Part shown: piece after piece, positions 27,549 to 30,339 of the stretch
Layout of the letters: each line of letters begins with the position of its first letter
Position numbering within the stretch: position 1 is the stretch's first letter
DNA from: a virus
IMG/VR virus record: IMGVR_UViG_3300045988_111924
Location: 1-30,339 of that record
Length of the DNA: 30,339 nt
Reading direction: 5' to 3' (one strand)
The notes under the pieces: generated by a model
What the model was told of the DNA's origin: nothing
The model's database searches: none
Seen by the model: the letters and a program-made list of their open reading frames with translations, nothing else
Position numbers and translations under genes: made by a program

Positions 27549-27597
27549 TGTCAAGTTTTTACTCACTCAAAGTACTAAGAAAAAATAAAAACTGACA
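27549..27597. promoter_or_regulatory. Conserved quasi-palindromic intergenic element, copy E
   Basis: Sequence is tgtcaagtttttactcactcaaagtactaagaaaaaataaaaactgaca. It begins directly after the stop of the LRR gene at 27599. Confidence 0.7.
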
Positions 27598-27598
27598 A

Positions 27599-28576
27599 TT
27601 AGTTTGAACTTGCTAAAGTTCAGTTTTTAGATGCAGCTAATGATTTCTGTTCCTCAGTAAGTGCATTATAAACTGCAGAATTAAATGTAATAGTTTGTGT
27701 AGAAATTCCAGTTAAATCTGACACTGCTTCTAGAACATTATCAACTGAACTAGACGTTAATGAAGGAAGATTAGCTAAAGTAAATGACTTACTTGTAACT
27801 ACACCTCCGAATTCTGTTAATTCAGTTAGCCAGTATGAACTTCCAAATGTATAGCCAAAAGCTGTGGAGTCTAATGACTTATCAGGAGATATAGTTATTT
27901 TGCCTAAAGATTTTAATTTTTTACAATATGTAAACATCTGATTTGTTTGACCAGTACAGTTTGGAGCGTAAATATCTGGAATGGTTTCAATTGATTCACA
28001 ATAATTGAAAATGCCAGAAAGAGAAGTTGCTATAGAAAAATCTATATTTGGTAAAGTAAGCAAACTACTACAGTTACTAAAAGTTTGAAAATATTGAGAT
28101 AATTTTAAATTTGCATCTATTTCAACTAACTTAGTGCAGTTATAGAAAAGTTGGGAACCTTGATTACTGGTGCTATTTAATAAGGTTATTTTATGTATAC
28201 CATTAGCGGTGGAAATGGTATAAAACATAGTATTCATATTTTTGCCTTGGCAATCAAATGTGAATTCATCGTTTTGAGACCATTCACATCCGTAGAAAAA
28301 ATGATCATAAGAATATTTATTTAGTATAAAATAATCCTCCAATTTTAATTCCCCACCATCCCTAAATTTATGCATATTAGAAAATCCTAATGATAATGGA
28401 ATAATACTTAAATCAATTTTACCTCCACCACCTCCAGATATTTCTCCAATCTTTTCTGCATAACTTCTAAAGGTATCTGAATCTGATACAGCAACACCTT
28501 TAGCTACAATAGCATCTTTAATGGCACTCTTAGTACCTTCAAGATACGTTAATTTATCAGAAATTGTATTTGCCAT
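27599..28576 (-). CDS. BspA/DUF285-like leucine-rich-repeat tail protein (325 aa), receptor-binding candidate
   Basis: Track ORF 27620..28576 continues through TGA at 27620 to TAA at 27599 (...EEQKSLAASKN-W-TLASSN). Repeats of the type FxxCxxLxxIP...MFxxCxxL. The C-terminus is paralogous to 29498..30028. Confidence 0.65.
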
Positions 28577-28596
28577 ATTATATATTTAAAATGACT

Positions 28597-29256
28597 TTAT
28601 TCATTTGGAATTTCACCATTAATTGTATCAAGAGTAGTTGAAATATTACCAATCTGAGCCTGAATAGCTGAGATTTCTCCATCTAACTCTGTCATCTTTG
28701 CATTATAAGTATCTGTAGTTACATAGTTTGATAACTCACTTTTATCTGCTTTAAGTGCAACTTCATCTTTAGTAGCTAATCCAGATACATCAGGAATCTT
28801 ATTCTCTACAGCTGTAAGCTCTTCTTTAGTAGCAAAATCACTAGTATCAGGAATTTCTGCTTTAGTTGCATAATTACTTAAATCTACAGATAGTTGCAAA
28901 CCTTCTCCATTTCTATGTAAAGATAGAGGTTGATTAGCTTGGAATACTTCCATCTTAGAAGTTTCTAACTCCTCAACTTCCCCTTTAAGATTAGTAATCT
29001 CAGTATTAATTGGAACAAGCTTAGCATCTATAGATTGATCTACTAAAGGAGGAACTTGATCTTCAATACTTTCTGTTACTTTAGTATCAATTAACTCTTC
29101 TGCTTTCTCTTCAGAAATGTAATTACCTTTAGGTTGGAATCTTTCATCTGCTTCAATCTTAGTATAAGAACCAACAGGAAGTTGTCCAGATTCAATACCA
29201 CATTTCTTACTTACATAAAAAGTTTGTGTATTTTTAGTATTCTTAAGTATAATCAT
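28597..29256 (-). CDS. Tail fibre or coiled-coil fibre protein (219 aa)
   Basis: Intact ORF. Repeats such as DLSNYATKAEIP and ATKEELTAVENKIPDVSGLATKDEV resemble the central part of the 711-aa fibre. Confidence 0.55.
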   Translation of the reverse strand: MIILKNTKNTQTFYVSKKCGIESGQLPVGSYTKIEADERFQPKGNYISEEKAEELIDTKVTESIEDQVPPLVDQSIDAKLVPINTEITNLKGEVEELETSKMEVFQANQPLSLHRNGEGLQLSVDLSNYATKAEIPDTSDFATKEELTAVENKIPDVSGLATKDEVALKADKSELSNYVTTDTYNAKMTELDGEISAIQAQIGNISTTLDTINGEIPNE

Positions 29257-29258
29257 AA

Positions 29259-29495
29259 TTATCTAACTTTTATTGATTCCTCATACTCTTTAGAAGCTTT
29301 AATAGCTAATTCTTTATATTCAGCATCCTTATCTAAAGAGACTTCTGATAGATGCTCTAAATCGCAACTTAAAGGACAGATACATTCAGTAAATGAACTG
29401 TATAATTTAATATCCATTCCTTCTTTATAGTTAGTAAGTATATAACCTTCTTCTGGACTAACTACTTTATATTTTTCTTTAATTTCAATTTTCAT
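29259..29495 (-). CDS. Hypothetical small protein (78 aa)
   Basis: I trimmed the track ORF to the ATG at 29493-29495 (MKIEIKEKY...), 2 nt after the upstream stop at 29498. Confidence 0.4.
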   Translation of the reverse strand: MKIEIKEKYKVVSPEEGYILTNYKEGMDIKLYSSFTECICPLSCDLEHLSEVSLDKDAEYKELAIKASKEYEESIKVR

Positions 29496-29497
29496 AA

Positions 29498-30339
29498 TTA
29501 TGCAACTCGATTTATGCTCCAATTCTTTGAAGCGATTAATGATTTCTGTTCATCTGTTAATTTATCATATGCAGTAGATTTGAATGATATACTTGTATTA
29601 GAACTTACTGCTGTGCCAATAGATTCTGCTATAGTTTGTAATGAATCTGTAGATAAATTTGGAGATTGTGCAAAATAAAGAATTCCTCCTTTAGTTAAAC
29701 TCTCTCCTAATCCATTTAAAGCTCCTACAGTTACTAATTCTGGACAATTTGCAGCAAAACTAGTACAATCTGTAACAAGATGGCAATCTATTTCTGGTGT
29801 AGCTGTTAATCTACTACAAGTACTAAACATATAGCTTATATCTGTAATTCCAGTAAAGGTAAAATTACTTGGAATAGTTGTTAGATATAATGCTCTATGA
29901 AACATATGATTACAATCTCCTTTAAATGGAATATTAATCGTTATATTATCTATATTAGTAGCTCCATCATCTGTCTCTGCAAATGCCCATTTTGGATCTA
30001 CTAATACAAGATTTTGAAAATTATTCATTACAGAGAAATCATTATTATCTATTTTTACTCCAATAAATAAATAATTTGCACTTACTTCTTTAGTAGTTGT
30101 AGGTATTTTAACATTAGATAAAGTAGCACTATGTATTGTTTGACCCCAAAATTGAGATTCACTAGACCATCTTCCATATGCTTCATTAAGATTAGTAATC
30201 TCCTGGTTATTTAGATCAAAATGAGATGTTTCAAAAAACCCTCCTTTTCTACTTAAATCTCCACTATTTAACTTTACATCTGCATATGTTTGAGCAGAAC
30301 CTATAATACTACAAAGAGGTACACCATCTATATTAAGGG
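29498..30339 (-). CDS. 3' (C-terminal) part of the wrap-around BspA/DUF285-like LRR tail protein. Its N-terminus is at 1..365.
   Basis: The frame of ORF 29498..30028 stays open upstream to the window end, with no stop in 30029..30339. The repeat motif MFHRALYLTTIP...ISYMFSTCSRLTATP is DUF285-like. Ends ...EQKSLIASKNWSINRVA, with the Trp encoded by TGG at 29519-29521. Confidence 0.7.
   Translation of the reverse strand, partial: LNIDGVPLCSIIGSAQTYADVKLNSGDLSRKGGFFETSHFDLNNQEITNLNEAYGRWSSESQFWGQTIHSATLSNVKIPTTTKEVSANYLFIGVKIDNNDFSVMNNFQNLVLVDPKWAFAETDDGATNIDNITINIPFKGDCNHMFHRALYLTTIPSNFTFTGITDISYMFSTCSRLTATPEIDCHLVTDCTSFAANCPELVTVGALNGLGESLTKGGILYFAQSPNLSTDSLQTIAESIGTAVSSNTSISFKSTAYDKLTDEQKSLIASKNWSINRVA
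30255..30339. repeat. Terminal direct repeat copy 2 (identical to 1..85)
   Basis: Read directly. Exact 85/85 identity with the window start. Confidence 0.9.

Noticed and set aside
1-30339. TGA decoded as Gly (table 25, the Gracilibacteria/Absconditabacteria type) instead of Trp
   Set aside because: One TGA aligns to a TGG Trp in the in-genome paralog (27620 against 29519). Others sit at family-conserved Trp positions (GIY-YIG E-x-x-x-W-I, KYG-W-DNF, sigma region 2 W-L). None sits in an obviously Gly-requiring context. A full HMM tabulation should still confirm this.
1-30339. tRNA genes (especially a UCA-anticodon suppressor), CRISPR arrays, an integrase or excisionase, and a DNA polymerase
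   Set aside because: I found no cloverleaf-like GC-rich segment or T-arm consensus on either strand. I found no regularly spaced direct repeats and no ORF with recombinase or polymerase motifs. This is a by-eye negative, and tRNAscan-SE and HMM searches should be run.

Overview
The window is a complete, AT-rich genome of a tailed dsDNA phage with siphovirus-like gene content. Bases 1-85 are identical to 30255-30339, so the unique length is 30,254 bp and the contig closes on itself. One gene runs across the junction.

The main result is that the supplied six-frame track (standard code) fragments the genes. I walked the frames codon by codon. Every break between adjacent same-strand ORFs is an in-frame TGA, and the pieces stay in the same frame. 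I counted 42 in-frame TGA codons in 18 genes. All gene ends I checked are TAA or, less often, TAG. Several TGAs sit where Trp is expected, and one aligns to a TGG-encoded Trp in an in-genome paralog. The genome therefore reads TGA as Trp (translation table 4-like).

Re-reading with that code gives a near gap-free map. A roughly 25 kb minus-strand block runs in this order:
- small and large terminase
- tail and baseplate genes of 726 aa and 1146 aa
- a 922-aa tape-measure-like protein
- prohead protease, scaffold, a GIY-YIG homing endonuclease, major capsid protein and a tail-tube candidate
- fibres and two BspA/DUF285-like LRR proteins
- portal and connector-like genes
- a membrane protein, holin and M15 endolysin, then a second GIY-YIG endonuclease

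A minus-strand early block contains a PD-(D/E)XK nuclease, a two-ORF ECF-like sigma factor, an HNH endonuclease and a membrane protein. A short plus-strand block carries an SF2 helicase-like gene and small ORFs.

Other unexplained signals:
- A 48-50 bp quasi-palindromic element occurs five times, each at a module boundary. Two copies lie in inverted orientation around the TGA-free helicase gene.
- A divergent early control region carries Bacteroides-type (-33 TTTG / -7 TAnnTTTG) promoter motifs.
- I could see no tRNA, integrase, DNA polymerase or CRISPR array.

All protein family calls are from motif recognition by eye and need HMM confirmation.
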